Made by a program: the position numbers and the translations under genes. Below the pieces are notes generated by a model that was not told where the DNA came from, searched no databases, and was given only the letters and a program-made list of their open reading frames with translations. Below, in pieces: positions 36,224-46,417 of a stretch of 64,000 nucleotides of DNA. The stretch comes from Candidatus Eiseniibacteriota bacterium (GTDB lineage Bacteria > Eisenbacteria > RBG-16-71-46 > JABDJR01), in the NCBI GenBank assembly GCA_963783375.1, contig CAWANH010000028.1:672001-736000 (forward strand), read 5' to 3'. How positions within the stretch are numbered: the first letter of the stretch is position 1; every line of letters starts with the position of its first letter.

Positions 36224-37714
36224 ATGCACGTGCTGTTCGTCTTCCCCGACCTGTCGTCGGACGTCACCCATTACACCGGGGTGCCCTCCTACGGGGTGGC
36301 GCTGCTCTCCGCGGTGCTGAAGCGCCACGGCCACACCACATCCCTCTACCACCTCACCCACACGCCCACCGAGGCGGAGTTCCGGGATCGCGTCCGGTCC
36401 GTTCGGCCCGACCTGGTGGCGTTCTCCTCCAACAGCCATTACGCCCGGCGGCTCGGCGCATGGACGGCGTGGGCGCGCGATGCCTCCGGCGCGCCGGTGG
36501 CGGTGGGGGGGATCCACGCCACCCTTGCTCCCGAGGAGGTGGCCGCGCTCCCCGCGGTGGATTTCATTTGCGTGGGAGAGGGCGAGAACGCGCTTCCCGC
36601 CCTCTGCCGGGCCCTGGAGACCGGCGGGGATGCCTCGGGTATCGCGAACCTGTGGGTCCGGAATGGATCCGGTATGCGGAGGAACGACCCGGGGCCGCTC
36701 TGGCGCGACCTGGACCTGCTCCCCGAACCCGACCTCTCCGTCTTCGACTTCGCCAATCTCTACCCGGTCCGGCGGGGGACATTCTCCTATCTCATGTCCC
36801 GGGGTTGCGCCTTCGGCTGCTCCTATTGTTGCGTGCACAAACTCCGGAACCTCGCGCCGGCCGGGGGCGGGTTTTGGCGATTCCTCTCCCCCGAATACGC
36901 AGTCGCCCAGCTCCGAGCCCTCATCGATCGCTACATGCCTGGCGCGGCCCGGGTGAACTTCCTCGACGCCATCCTCTTTCCCAATCGAAAGTGGCTGGAG
37001 GCCTTCGCGCCCCTTTACCGCGATCGGATCGGTCTTCCGTTCACCTGCAACATGCGGGCGGATCTACTGAACCCGGAAGTGGCGAAGATCCTGGCCGACA
37101 TGGGATGCCGGGTGGTCCGGATGGGGGTGGAATCGGGGGACCAGGCCCTGACCACCGAGGTCCTGGCGCGGCGGCTCGACCTCGACGATATCCGCCGCGC
37201 GTTCGCGGTGCTTCGCGAGCACGGGATCCGGCGTTGGTCCTACAACATGGTCGGCCTCCCCTCCGAGAGCCTGGGGAAGGCGCTCAAGACCGTGCGGCTG
37301 AACGCGGAGATCCGGCCGGATCTTGCCCTGGCCTTCATCTTCTACCCCTATCCCGGCACCCGGCTCCACGATCTCGGCCGCGCGGAGGGCTGGCTCACCG
37401 CCCGGGAGTTCGACCACTACCAGGTGAACGTCGCCACCCGAATCCCCGGCTTCCCCCCCGACGACATCCTCTTCGTCCACCGCTTCTTCAACCGGCTGAT
37501 CTCCGTATACGGGATCGGTCACCGTCTTCCCGGAGGGCTTCGCGCCGCCTGGCCCGACAGTCTGGACGCCCTTCTCACGAGCCGGTTGTTCCCCCGGACC
37601 GGGTTCGTCCGGTGGCGGGAGACCTACAAACGGCTCCGGCACCGGACGGGCGAATTCCTGGTGCGCCGCTCACCCGCCGTCTACCGGCTTCTCGGCGGGA
37701 CGGACCCCGCTTGA
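36224..37714 (+). CDS. B12-binding radical SAM protein (class B methyltransferase-like)
   Basis: VGGIHAT, GEGE, SRGCAFGCSYC, MGVESG, PYPGT. Confidence 0.9.
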   Translation: MHVLFVFPDLSSDVTHYTGVPSYGVALLSAVLKRHGHTTSLYHLTHTPTEAEFRDRVRSVRPDLVAFSSNSHYARRLGAWTAWARDASGAPVAVGGIHATLAPEEVAALPAVDFICVGEGENALPALCRALETGGDASGIANLWVRNGSGMRRNDPGPLWRDLDLLPEPDLSVFDFANLYPVRRGTFSYLMSRGCAFGCSYCCVHKLRNLAPAGGGFWRFLSPEYAVAQLRALIDRYMPGAARVNFLDAILFPNRKWLEAFAPLYRDRIGLPFTCNMRADLLNPEVAKILADMGCRVVRMGVESGDQALTTEVLARRLDLDDIRRAFAVLREHGIRRWSYNMVGLPSESLGKALKTVRLNAEIRPDLALAFIFYPYPGTRLHDLGRAEGWLTAREFDHYQVNVATRIPGFPPDDILFVHRFFNRLISVYGIGHRLPGGLRAAWPDSLDALLTSRLFPRTGFVRWRETYKRLRHRTGEFLVRRSPAVYRLLGGTDPA

Positions 37715-38676
37715 TGCGCGCATGGAACGCGGTGCCCGCCCCGCTCGAGGTGTCGGTGACCCACCATCTCATGGCCGGCGCGGTCTCCGCGGCGGTGGAC
37801 GACCTGGTCGGCGACGCCTTCTTCGCTTCGCCGGGGTTCGCCGGGTTGTGGCGATGGATGGGTGGGCTGCCGGTGGCCTGGACCGCGGAGGCCGATGGGC
37901 GCATCGTCGCCGCGCTTCCCGGGGTGGAGTTCGGCCGGGGCCCCCTGGCCCGCTTTCACTCCATGCCTGACGGATGCTACGGCGGGGTCTTCGTGGCTCC
38001 GGCACACGAAACCGAGCGGGCCGGCCTCGTCCGCGCGCTGCTGGACGCGGTGGTCGAGCGCGGGTACCTGAAGACCTTCATCTTCGATTTCCACCGCACC
38101 ATAGCCGGACATCCGGCCTTCATTGCGGAGCCCTGCCGCGCCTCGGTGGTGGACATCGGCGGCCCCGGGTGGGTTCCCCCCGACGCCAAACTTCGCTCCC
38201 AGATCCGAAAGGGCCGGCGGGAAGGGGTGACCTACGAGCGCTTCCGGTGGGATCCTCACCACCGGGGCTTTCTCCGCATCATGCGGGAGACGGAGGCCAG
38301 GCACGGTCAATCTCCCCGCTACCCCGACGCGCTCTATCGATCCCTGGCCGACCTCGCCGAGCGGGATTCGAGGGTGCGTTGGGTGTGGTGCGAGCACGGG
38401 GGCGAGCCGGCCTGCTCCCATATCTACTTTCTGGAGAGAGGGACGCTCCAGGCCTGGCAGTCCTATTTCAACAAGGCGTTCTCCCATCTCAAGCCCAACC
38501 AGACCCTTCGCTTCGATCTCTGCCGGAGCGTGGCCCGGGACGGTGTGGAGCGGATGAACCTGGGGGCGACCCCCCCGATCGCGGCCGGCCTCGCCCACTA
38601 CAAGTCCCGCTGGGGGGGCCGGCGGGTGAGCTATCCCTGTCTCGTCCGCCGGACCGGGCTTGGACGCTGGATCTGA
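37714..38676 (+). CDS. FemAB/CelD-like GNAT family protein
   Basis: GCYGGV, LRSQIRKG, PNQTL, NLGAT...GLAHYKSRWG; start overlaps upstream stop (TGATG). Confidence 0.8.
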   Translation: MRAWNAVPAPLEVSVTHHLMAGAVSAAVDDLVGDAFFASPGFAGLWRWMGGLPVAWTAEADGRIVAALPGVEFGRGPLARFHSMPDGCYGGVFVAPAHETERAGLVRALLDAVVERGYLKTFIFDFHRTIAGHPAFIAEPCRASVVDIGGPGWVPPDAKLRSQIRKGRREGVTYERFRWDPHHRGFLRIMRETEARHGQSPRYPDALYRSLADLAERDSRVRWVWCEHGGEPACSHIYFLERGTLQAWQSYFNKAFSHLKPNQTLRFDLCRSVARDGVERMNLGATPPIAAGLAHYKSRWGGRRVSYPCLVRRTGLGRWI

Positions 38677-38842
38677 CCCGCTATCGGCACGGAGGTCACC
38701 CAACACCGTTAGGGGAGGCTTCCCGTCCCCCCATCGAGCCGCCGACCGAAACCGTGTATTCTCAGGGCGGCGGCGCCCCACGCGCCCACCCGGCCGAACG
38801 CCCAGCGCGAGATCCGACCGAACGCCAACCACGGAGGCCCCC

Positions 38843-39325
38843 ATGCCCGACGAGGAACGCTACACCCTGGCCGAAGCCGGGGCGACGTTCGCCCGGCGCC
38901 TGCACGGCGAGGTCTGGACCCTGATGGAGCAGACCGACCGCACCCCCGCCGAAGCCGAACGAATGCTCTACGCCGCCTTCGCCTCGACCTACCACTGGCT
39001 GGATGCGGGGACCGGGGTCAACCACCAGCGCGGGGAGTGGTTGATCGCCCGGGTGTGCGCGGTGCTGGGAGACGGACCGGCGGCGCTCAGGCACGCCGAG
39101 CGTTGCGACGCCCTGACCCGGGAGCACGCCGATCTCATGGAGGACTTCGACCGCGCCTTCAACCTGGAGATGCTGGCCCGGGCCCACGCGGTGAGCGGCG
39201 AGCGCGCGAAGGCCGAGGAGTACCTCGATCAGGCCAAGAAGGCGGGAGCGGAGATCGTGGACGAGGAGGATCGGAGGATCTTCTTCGACCAGCTCGCCTG
39301 GGGGGATTGGCGGGAAAGCCGGTAG
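38843..39325 (+). CDS. Conserved hypothetical helical protein
   Basis: RBS GGAGG; YHW...NHQRGEWLIARV...ARAHA. Confidence 0.75.
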   Translation: MPDEERYTLAEAGATFARRLHGEVWTLMEQTDRTPAEAERMLYAAFASTYHWLDAGTGVNHQRGEWLIARVCAVLGDGPAALRHAERCDALTREHADLMEDFDRAFNLEMLARAHAVSGERAKAEEYLDQAKKAGAEIVDEEDRRIFFDQLAWGDWRESR

Positions 39326-39333
39326 GGGGGCGG

Positions 39334-40248
39334 ATGGGGCTGTTCGGGCTCTTCGGGGACAATCTTCTTCCCGTGCTGTTGGCCGCCGGGGTGGGCTACG
39401 TGCTCCGCGCCCGGGTCCAGGTCGGCGCGCGCTCGATGTCCCGGGTGGCGTTTCTGGTTTTCTCCCCCTGCCTGGTCTTCGAGATCATCGTGGAGAACCA
39501 CCTCTCCGGCGGGGACATGCTGCAGATGGCGGCGTTCACCCTGATCGGGCTTCTGGGGCTGGGAGCGGTGGCCGGGATCCTGGCCCGGCGCTTCGGATGG
39601 AGCCGCTCGCTGACCGCGGGGGTGGTGCTGACCGTGCTACTCCCCAACGCGGGAAACTTCGGCCTTTCCGCCAACCTCTTCGCCTTCGGGAAGCCCGGGC
39701 TCGCCCAGGCCAGCCTCTACTTCGTGACCTCGGCGGTGGTCTCCTACACCGTCGGGGTGTTCGTGGCCTCCCTGGGGCGGATGAGCGTGCGGCGGGCGCT
39801 CCTCGGCCTCCCCAGGATCCCCACGGTGTGGGCGGTCCTGTTGGCCTTCGTGATGGTCCGCTACGGGTGGTCGCTCCCCTTTCCGGCGGCCCGGGCGGTC
39901 AAGCTCCTCGCCGACGCAACCATCCCGGTCATGCTGGTCATCCTCGGCATGCAGCTCCACGGTGCGCGGCTGGCCGGGCGGGTGGCGCCCCTGAGCCTGG
40001 CCGTATCGCTGCGCCTGGTGGGGGGCGCGCTATTCGGGCTCCTCCTGGCGCGGCTGATCGGGCTCGAGGGCGCGGCCCGACAGGCCGGCGTGCTCGAGGC
40101 GGCCATGCCCTCGGCGGTGATCAGCATCATCCTGGCCACCGAGTACGACGTGGAGCCCGAGTTCGTCACCAGCGTGGTCTTCGCCACCACCATCCTCTGT
40201 CCCCTCACCCTGACCCCGCTCCTGTCCATTCTGGGGGCCGGGCGGTGA
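39334..40248 (+). CDS. AEC family transporter
   Basis: FSPCLVF, PNAGNFGL, AAMPSAV, EYDVEPE. Confidence 0.9.
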   Translation: MGLFGLFGDNLLPVLLAAGVGYVLRARVQVGARSMSRVAFLVFSPCLVFEIIVENHLSGGDMLQMAAFTLIGLLGLGAVAGILARRFGWSRSLTAGVVLTVLLPNAGNFGLSANLFAFGKPGLAQASLYFVTSAVVSYTVGVFVASLGRMSVRRALLGLPRIPTVWAVLLAFVMVRYGWSLPFPAARAVKLLADATIPVMLVILGMQLHGARLAGRVAPLSLAVSLRLVGGALFGLLLARLIGLEGAARQAGVLEAAMPSAVISIILATEYDVEPEFVTSVVFATTILCPLTLTPLLSILGAGR

Positions 40249-41228
40249 GCCGTCCCGTCGGCGTGTACGTGGGGAGGGGGATGGCCGCCTACGGCTTCAC
40301 CCGAGGCTCCGCCCCCGGCGGAAAGCACTACTACGGCCCCGACCGCTTCGACGCGTTCTTCGACCGGCTCCGCGAATGCGGCCTGGACGCACGGGTGGAT
40401 CTGTTGGACGCGGGGCCCGCCGAAGACGACGAGCTGCTCCTCTTCCACCGCCTCGACTACCTGGAGCGGGTGCGCCGGCTTTGCGCGGCGGACCAGGGCA
40501 CCCTGGATCACGGGCCCACCCCCGCTGAGCGCGACATGGACCGGGCCGCCGCCTGCGTGGTGGGAGCGGTTCTGGACGGAGCGCGGAGGGTCCTGGACGG
40601 CCGGAACCGGCGGGTGTTCGTTCCCGTCTCGGGGTTCCACCACGGCCGGCCGGATCGTACCGCCGACTACTGCATCTTCAACGACTGCGCGGTGCTGCTC
40701 CGTTTCCTGGTGGAGCGGGAGGGCTTCGTCCGGGTGGCCTACGTGGACATCGACGTCCATCTGGGGGACGGGGTCTACGAGGCGTTCCTTGACGATCCCA
40801 GGGTGGCGATCGCCGACCTCCACCAGGACGCCCGCACCTTCTGGTACGCATCACCCGAAGACACCGAGGTTCCGCCGCCGGAGCGACCGGAAAAGCTCTG
40901 CGTGGCCCTTCCGGCGGGAGCCGGCGACCGTGAGTTCCTGACCGCCTGGGAACGGGTGGAGACGCTGCTGGGGGAGTTCCGCCCGGAGTTCATCGTCTTC
41001 GTGGCCGGGGCCGACGCCATGGCCGGGGACCGGCTGGGGGGCCTGGCGCTCACCCCCGTGGTGTACCGCCATGCGGCCACGCGCCTCTCCGCGCTGGCCG
41101 AGCGGTACTCGGGGGGGCGCCTGTTGGTCCTCGGGGGAGGCGGGTACCACCTCGCCAACCTCGCCGACGCCTGGACGGCCACGGTCGAAGCGCTCGTCGA
41201 CGCACCGCTCGGTATGGTCGGGGCGTGA
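40245..41228 (+). CDS. Zn-dependent deacetylase (HDAC/AcuC family)
   Basis: GFHHG, YCIFND, DIDVHLGDG, AGAD...D, GGGGY. Confidence 0.9.
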   Translation: MSRPVGVYVGRGMAAYGFTRGSAPGGKHYYGPDRFDAFFDRLRECGLDARVDLLDAGPAEDDELLLFHRLDYLERVRRLCAADQGTLDHGPTPAERDMDRAAACVVGAVLDGARRVLDGRNRRVFVPVSGFHHGRPDRTADYCIFNDCAVLLRFLVEREGFVRVAYVDIDVHLGDGVYEAFLDDPRVAIADLHQDARTFWYASPEDTEVPPPERPEKLCVALPAGAGDREFLTAWERVETLLGEFRPEFIVFVAGADAMAGDRLGGLALTPVVYRHAATRLSALAERYSGGRLLVLGGGGYHLANLADAWTATVEALVDAPLGMVGA

Positions 41229-41717
41229 CCGCGACGACCTGAACCGTGCTACTCACGACCTATGCGCTTGTATCCTGGTGTACCCGGGTACTCCTTGTTC
41301 GCAAATTGAGGTTTCGTTGAGGCGTGGCCGTGTTCCCCCGGGGAAGCAATGTTCGCAATGAAGGCACTGATCCGACCCGGCCCGGGAGGAGCGGGCACTT
41401 GCCCCGCTCCGACGCCGTGGCCTCTTCGACGGAACGGGTGTGAACGGGCATTGCGGGCAATGATGTGAGGGTCGGCCGGGCCGAGTGAACGGGTCCCGTT
41501 TCGTCGAAGGAGAGCGCGAAGGAGCGTCCGGCGGACGGTCCGAGCGCTCGCGCCCAAGGCGGATCGGGGCATGACCGCGACGACCCGGGCCGGGGCCAAC
41601 CAAGCGGCGAGCACGCACCTTCCTCCCCGGACCGCGACGACCCGGGCCGGGGCGAACCAGGCACCACGCATGGGGGTCCCAGACCGCGACGACCCGGGCC
41701 GGGGCGAACCAGGCACC
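41218..41717. repeat. Repeat cluster: three 33-36 bp direct repeats with variable spacers, one partial copy and a REP-like hairpin element
   Basis: GACCGCGACGACCCGGGCCGGGGC(C/G)AACCA(A/G)GC at 41573, 41630, 41682; 22-bp near-repeat 41218-41239 vs 41564-41585; IR CTTCGACGGAACGGG/CCCGTTTCGTCGAAG. Confidence 0.85.
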
Positions 41718-41835
41718 GAGCGTCAGGCGAAGAGACACCGCGGGCCGGAGCGACAGGCGCCCCGGCCCGGGATGGGTCCCGTATGCGCAAATCGTCGCCG
41801 GGCGCCGGCGGGACACCGAACGCCCGGCGATGTCG

Positions 41836-44142
41836 CTACCCGACCGGCACCGGCTCCTTCTTCGCCGGGGCCTCGGGGCCGCGCGCACCCTGGCGCCGGG
41901 CCGCCTCCGCCGCGGCGATCGCCGACATGTTCACCACCTCGGACGCCCCGAACCCGGGGTACTGCACGATCAGGACCGGCTTGTTCATGCCGACCAGGAT
42001 CGGGCCCAGGGCCTCGGCGTTGCCGAGCCGGTTCACCAGCTTGTAGGCGATGTTCCCCGCCTCCAGGTTCGGGAAGATGAGCACGTTGGCCCCGCCCTTG
42101 AGCGGCGAGAACGGGAAGTTCTGGGCCAACAGCTCCGGCACCACCGCGGCGTCGGCCTGGATCTCGCCGTCCACCACGATGTCCGGGTGGCGCTCGGCCA
42201 GGAGCTTCGCCGCCTGGGCCATCTTCACCGTGCGGGGGTCGCGGACGCTCCCGAAGTTGGAGAACGACAGCATCGCCACCCGAGGCGTCATCTCGAACAT
42301 CCGGGCCTCTTCCGCCACCAGGTAGGCGATCTCGGCCAGCTCCTCGGCGTTCGGGTCGATGTTCACGGTGGTGTCCGCGAACACGTAGGCGCTGTCCCGG
42401 GTCAACAGCACGAACATCCCGGCGATCGACTTCACGCCGGGGCGGGTGCCGATGATCTGGAGCGAGGGCCGGAGCGCCTCGGGGTAGCTCAGGGTGATGC
42501 CGTTCACCAGGGCGTCGCCGTCTCCCTGCCGCACCATCATCGGACCGTAGTACTGCGGTCGCACCATGAGCCGGCGGGCGTTGAACGGGGTCGCCCCCTT
42601 CCGCTGGCGTAACTCGTAGAAGGCCTGAACGTACTCGTCGAGCTTGGGCGAGCGCGCGGGCTCGAGGATCTCGACCCCGTCCAGCGGGACCTCCTCGGCC
42701 CGGGCCACCGCCTCGATGACCTCGCGGCGGCCGAGCAGGATCGGCACCGCGATCTCCTGATCCACCACCATGTGGGCGGCGCGAATGATGGTCGGGTGCT
42801 CGCCCTCGGGGTAAACCAGCCGTTCCTTGGCGGTCCGCGCCTTGGTGATCATGACCCGCACCACCGCCTTGGTCCGGCCGAGCCGGGCCTCGAGCTTCTC
42901 CTTGTACTCGTCGAGATCCACCGGCGCCCGGGCCACCCCGTCCTTCATGGCCTGGCCGGCCACCGCCGAGGCCTCCCAGATGAGCACCCGGTGGTCGAAG
43001 GGCTTGGGGATGATGTAGTCGGGGCCGAAGTGGATGCGGTCCCCGCCGTAGGCCCGCGCCACCTCGTCGGGCACGTCCTCCCGGGCCAGGTCGGCCAGGG
43101 CGTGGCTGGCCGCCACCTTCATGTTCTCGGTGATGCTCCGGGCCCGCACGTCCAGGGCGCCCCGGAAGATGAACGGGAAGCCCAGCACGTTGTTCACCTG
43201 GTTCGGATAGTCGGAGCGCCCGGTGGCCACCAGGACGTCGTCCCGGGCCGCCTTGGCGTCCTCGTAGGTGATCTCGGGATCCGGGTTGGCCAGGGCGAAG
43301 ATGACCGGCCGCTCGTTCATGGACCGGACCATATCCTGGCTGAGCGCCCCCTTCACCGAGCAGCCCAGGAACACGTCGGCGCCCTTGATGGCTTCGGCCA
43401 GGGTGCGAAGCTCCCGCTGGGTGGCCCAGCGTTCCTTGTAGGGATTCATCCCCTCCTTACGCCCGGCGTAGACCACCCCCTTGGTGTCGCAGAGGACCAC
43501 GTTCTCCTTGCGGGCCCCCAGGTTCACGTAGTGGGCGGCGCAGGCGATCCCGCTGGCCCCGGCGCCGTTCACCACGATCCGCACGTCCTCGATCCGCTTC
43601 TTGAGGATCTTGAGCGCGTTCAACAGTGCCGCCCCGGAGATGATCGCGGTCCCGTGCTGGTCGTCGTGGAAGACCGGAATGTCCATCCGCTCGCGGAGGG
43701 TCTCCTCGATATAGAAACACTCGGGGGCCTTGATGTCCTCGAGGTTGATCCCCCCGAAGGTGGGCTCCATGAGGGCGACCGCCTCGATGATCTTGTCCGA
43801 GTCCAGCGTGTCCATCTCGATATCGAAGGTGTCGATGTCGGCGAACCGCTTGAAGAGGACTCCCTTTCCCTCCATCACCGGCTTTCCGGCCAGGGCCCCG
43901 ATATTCCCGAGCCCCAGGACCGCGGTGCCGTTGGAGACCACCGCCACCAGGTTCCCCTTGGCCGTGTACTCGAAGGCCAGGGACGGGTCCTTCTCGATTT
44001 CCAGGCAGGGGACGGCCACCCCGGGCGTGTAGGCCAGCGACAGCTCGTGCTGGGTGCTGCACGGCTTGGTGGGAACCACCTCGATCTTTCCCTTCCGTCC
44101 CCGGCGGTGGTAGTCGAGGGCTTCCTGCTTCGTAACGCTCAT
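41836..44142 (-). CDS. maeB: NADP-dependent malic enzyme with PTA-like domain
   Basis: [43 protein letters not shown]; C-terminal PTA domain. Confidence 0.96.
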   Translation of the reverse strand: MSVTKQEALDYHRRGRKGKIEVVPTKPCSTQHELSLAYTPGVAVPCLEIEKDPSLAFEYTAKGNLVAVVSNGTAVLGLGNIGALAGKPVMEGKGVLFKRFADIDTFDIEMDTLDSDKIIEAVALMEPTFGGINLEDIKAPECFYIEETLRERMDIPVFHDDQHGTAIISGAALLNALKILKKRIEDVRIVVNGAGASGIACAAHYVNLGARKENVVLCDTKGVVYAGRKEGMNPYKERWATQRELRTLAEAIKGADVFLGCSVKGALSQDMVRSMNERPVIFALANPDPEITYEDAKAARDDVLVATGRSDYPNQVNNVLGFPFIFRGALDVRARSITENMKVAASHALADLAREDVPDEVARAYGGDRIHFGPDYIIPKPFDHRVLIWEASAVAGQAMKDGVARAPVDLDEYKEKLEARLGRTKAVVRVMITKARTAKERLVYPEGEHPTIIRAAHMVVDQEIAVPILLGRREVIEAVARAEEVPLDGVEILEPARSPKLDEYVQAFYELRQRKGATPFNARRLMVRPQYYGPMMVRQGDGDALVNGITLSYPEALRPSLQIIGTRPGVKSIAGMFVLLTRDSAYVFADTTVNIDPNAEELAEIAYLVAEEARMFEMTPRVAMLSFSNFGSVRDPRTVKMAQAAKLLAERHPDIVVDGEIQADAAVVPELLAQNFPFSPLKGGANVLIFPNLEAGNIAYKLVNRLGNAEALGPILVGMNKPVLIVQYPGFGASEVVNMSAIAAAEAARRQGARGPEAPAKKEPVPVG

Positions 44143-44460
44143 TTCAAGGCTCCTTGGTCGGAATGCACAGTGGGTTCAACTGAGCATAGGTCCGCGCGGG
44201 GCCCGGGTGGCCTCCGTTTTCTGGATTCGGCACTTACACGCGACCGCTCTCCCGGGGGGGCCTCGACGATCGTTCCGGTCGGGTTGGGGGGGCCGGCGGG
44301 CCCCCGGAGGGCCTACGGGCCTCCGGGCCCGCCCGCTCACCGTCCCCGAGGCCTCGGCGGGCGCGCGCCGGCGCCGGGGGGGCGCCCGGGATGGGGTTAC
44401 AGGAACCGTCCCCGGCCTCTATGATGCCTTTACCCCGGACACGCCCCCGGAAAGGAGTCG

Positions 44461-45459
44461 ATGCCCATGTCCAACGGCGGCTTCAGCGGCCAACCCAACC
44501 TCCAGGTCCCCAAGATCCCGGCCTCCGTCCTGCGCGGCCTGGTGATCGGGATCCTGGCCGTCATTCTCTTCGTGTCGAGCTTCTACACCGTGGATCCCGA
44601 GCAGGTCGGCCTGGTGCTCCGGTTCGGGAAGTTCGTGCGATCCACCGACCCCGGCCTCCACATGAAGCTCCCCTTCGGGGTCGAATCGGTCACCAAGGTT
44701 CCGGTCCAGCGCCAGCTCAAGGAGGAGTTCGGCTTCCGAACCACCCGGGCCGACGTCCGGAGCCAGTACTCCACCGGCGACTACCGCCAGGAGTCCGGGA
44801 TGCTCACCGGCGACCTCAACTCCGCCCAGGTGGAGTGGGTGGTCCAGTACCGGGTGGTCGATCCCTACAAGTACCTCTTCCGGGTGCGAAACGTCACCGA
44901 GACCTTCCGGGCCATGAGCGAGGCGGTGATGCGGAAGGTGGTGGGCGACCGCACCGTGAACGAGATCCTGACCGTGGGCCGCCAGGAGGCGGCGGACCTC
45001 GCCAAGCAGCACCTCCAGGACCTCTGCGAGCAGTACGAGACGGGGATCAAGGTGGAGCAGGTGGTGCTCCAGGACGTGAACCCGCCCGATGCGGTGAAGC
45101 CCTCCTTCAACGAGGTCAACCAGGCCCAGCAGGAGAAGGAGAAGCTCATCAACGAGGCTCAGTCCCTGTACAACCAGGTGATTCCCAAGGCCAAGGGCCA
45201 GGCGCTCCAGACCATTCAGGAAGCCGAGGGATACGCCCTGGACCGGGTGAACCGCGCCAGCGGCGACTCCGCGCGGTTCGTGAGCGTCTACGACGCGTAC
45301 CTCAAGGCCCCCGAGGTCACCCGGAAGCGGATCTACCTGGAGACCATGAACGACGTTCTGCCCAAGGTCGAACGGAAGATCATCGTGGACGAGAAGGTGA
45401 GGGGGCTCCTCCCGCTCCTGAATCTCAACGACACTCCGGCGTCGAAGGGAGGCAACTGA
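44461..45459 (+). CDS. hflK: FtsH modulator HflK
   Basis: MLTGDLN...VEWVVQY; APEVTRKRIYLETM. Confidence 0.93.
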   Translation: MPMSNGGFSGQPNLQVPKIPASVLRGLVIGILAVILFVSSFYTVDPEQVGLVLRFGKFVRSTDPGLHMKLPFGVESVTKVPVQRQLKEEFGFRTTRADVRSQYSTGDYRQESGMLTGDLNSAQVEWVVQYRVVDPYKYLFRVRNVTETFRAMSEAVMRKVVGDRTVNEILTVGRQEAADLAKQHLQDLCEQYETGIKVEQVVLQDVNPPDAVKPSFNEVNQAQQEKEKLINEAQSLYNQVIPKAKGQALQTIQEAEGYALDRVNRASGDSARFVSVYDAYLKAPEVTRKRIYLETMNDVLPKVERKIIVDEKVRGLLPLLNLNDTPASKGGN

Positions 45460-46391
45460 TGAAGCCGCTCGTGATCATCGTCGGCATCGTGGCGCTCATC
45501 GCGTTGGCCAATACCTTCTACGTGGTGAACGAGTACGACCAGGTCATCATCACCCAGTTCGGAAAGCCGGTGGGAGGGACCATCGACAAGCCCGGGCTCA
45601 AGGTGAAGGCCCCCTTCATCCAGAAGGTGAACCGCTTCGACAAGCGTTTCCTGGAGTGGGACGGAAATTCCAACCAGCTTCCCACCAAGGACAAAAGATT
45701 CATCTACGTGGACACCTATGCGCGCTGGAAGATCACCGACCCGCTCCTCTTCTTCCAGCGGCTCAAGAACGAGCGCGGGGCCCAGACCCGGCTCGACGAC
45801 ATCCTGGACGGCGAGACCCGGAACGCCATCGCCAAGCACGACCTGGTGGAGCTCATCCGGAGCACCAACCGCGTGCCCGAGCAGAGCGAGCTGATCCCCG
45901 AGGACTCCTCGGTGCTGGACACCATCCAGTACGGCCGGGAGAAGATCCGCCAGGAGGTTCTCACCGCCGCCCAGGCCCGCACCACGGACCTGGGGATCGA
46001 GGTGCTGGACCTCCAGTTCAAGCGGATCAATTACGTGGAGGAGGTGCGGAAGAAGGTCTACGAGCGGATGATCGCCGAGCGCCAGCGGATCGCCGAGCGG
46101 TTCCGTTCCGAGGGGGCGGGCGAGGCGTCGCGGATCCAGGGCGAGCGGGACCGGGAGCTGAAGCGCATCCAGTCCGAGGCCTACCGGCAGGCCGAGGAGA
46201 TCAAGGGCGACGCCGACGCCAAGGCCACCCGGATCTACGCCCAGGCCTACAACCGCTCCGCCGATTCCCGGGAGTTCTACTCGTTCATGCGCACCATGGA
46301 GAGCTACGAGAACACCCTGGACGCCCAGAGCTGGCTCATCCTCTCCACCGACGGGGAGTTCTACCGGCTTCTGAAGAGGTCCCAGCGCTGA
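45459..46391 (+). CDS. hflC: FtsH modulator HflC
   Basis: TQFGKP, PTKDKRFIYVD, RMIAERQRIAERFRSEG, EFYSFMR. Confidence 0.93.
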   Translation: MKPLVIIVGIVALIALANTFYVVNEYDQVIITQFGKPVGGTIDKPGLKVKAPFIQKVNRFDKRFLEWDGNSNQLPTKDKRFIYVDTYARWKITDPLLFFQRLKNERGAQTRLDDILDGETRNAIAKHDLVELIRSTNRVPEQSELIPEDSSVLDTIQYGREKIRQEVLTAAQARTTDLGIEVLDLQFKRINYVEEVRKKVYERMIAERQRIAERFRSEGAGEASRIQGERDRELKRIQSEAYRQAEEIKGDADAKATRIYAQAYNRSADSREFYSFMRTMESYENTLDAQSWLILSTDGEFYRLLKRSQR

Positions 46392-46417
46392 ACGGGGGCG
46401 GACATCCGGGCCGCCGG

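Noticed and set aside
41573-41717. CRISPR array
   Set aside because: Only three repeats, spacers 16-24 bp and unequal, no AT-rich leader and no cas genes in the window.
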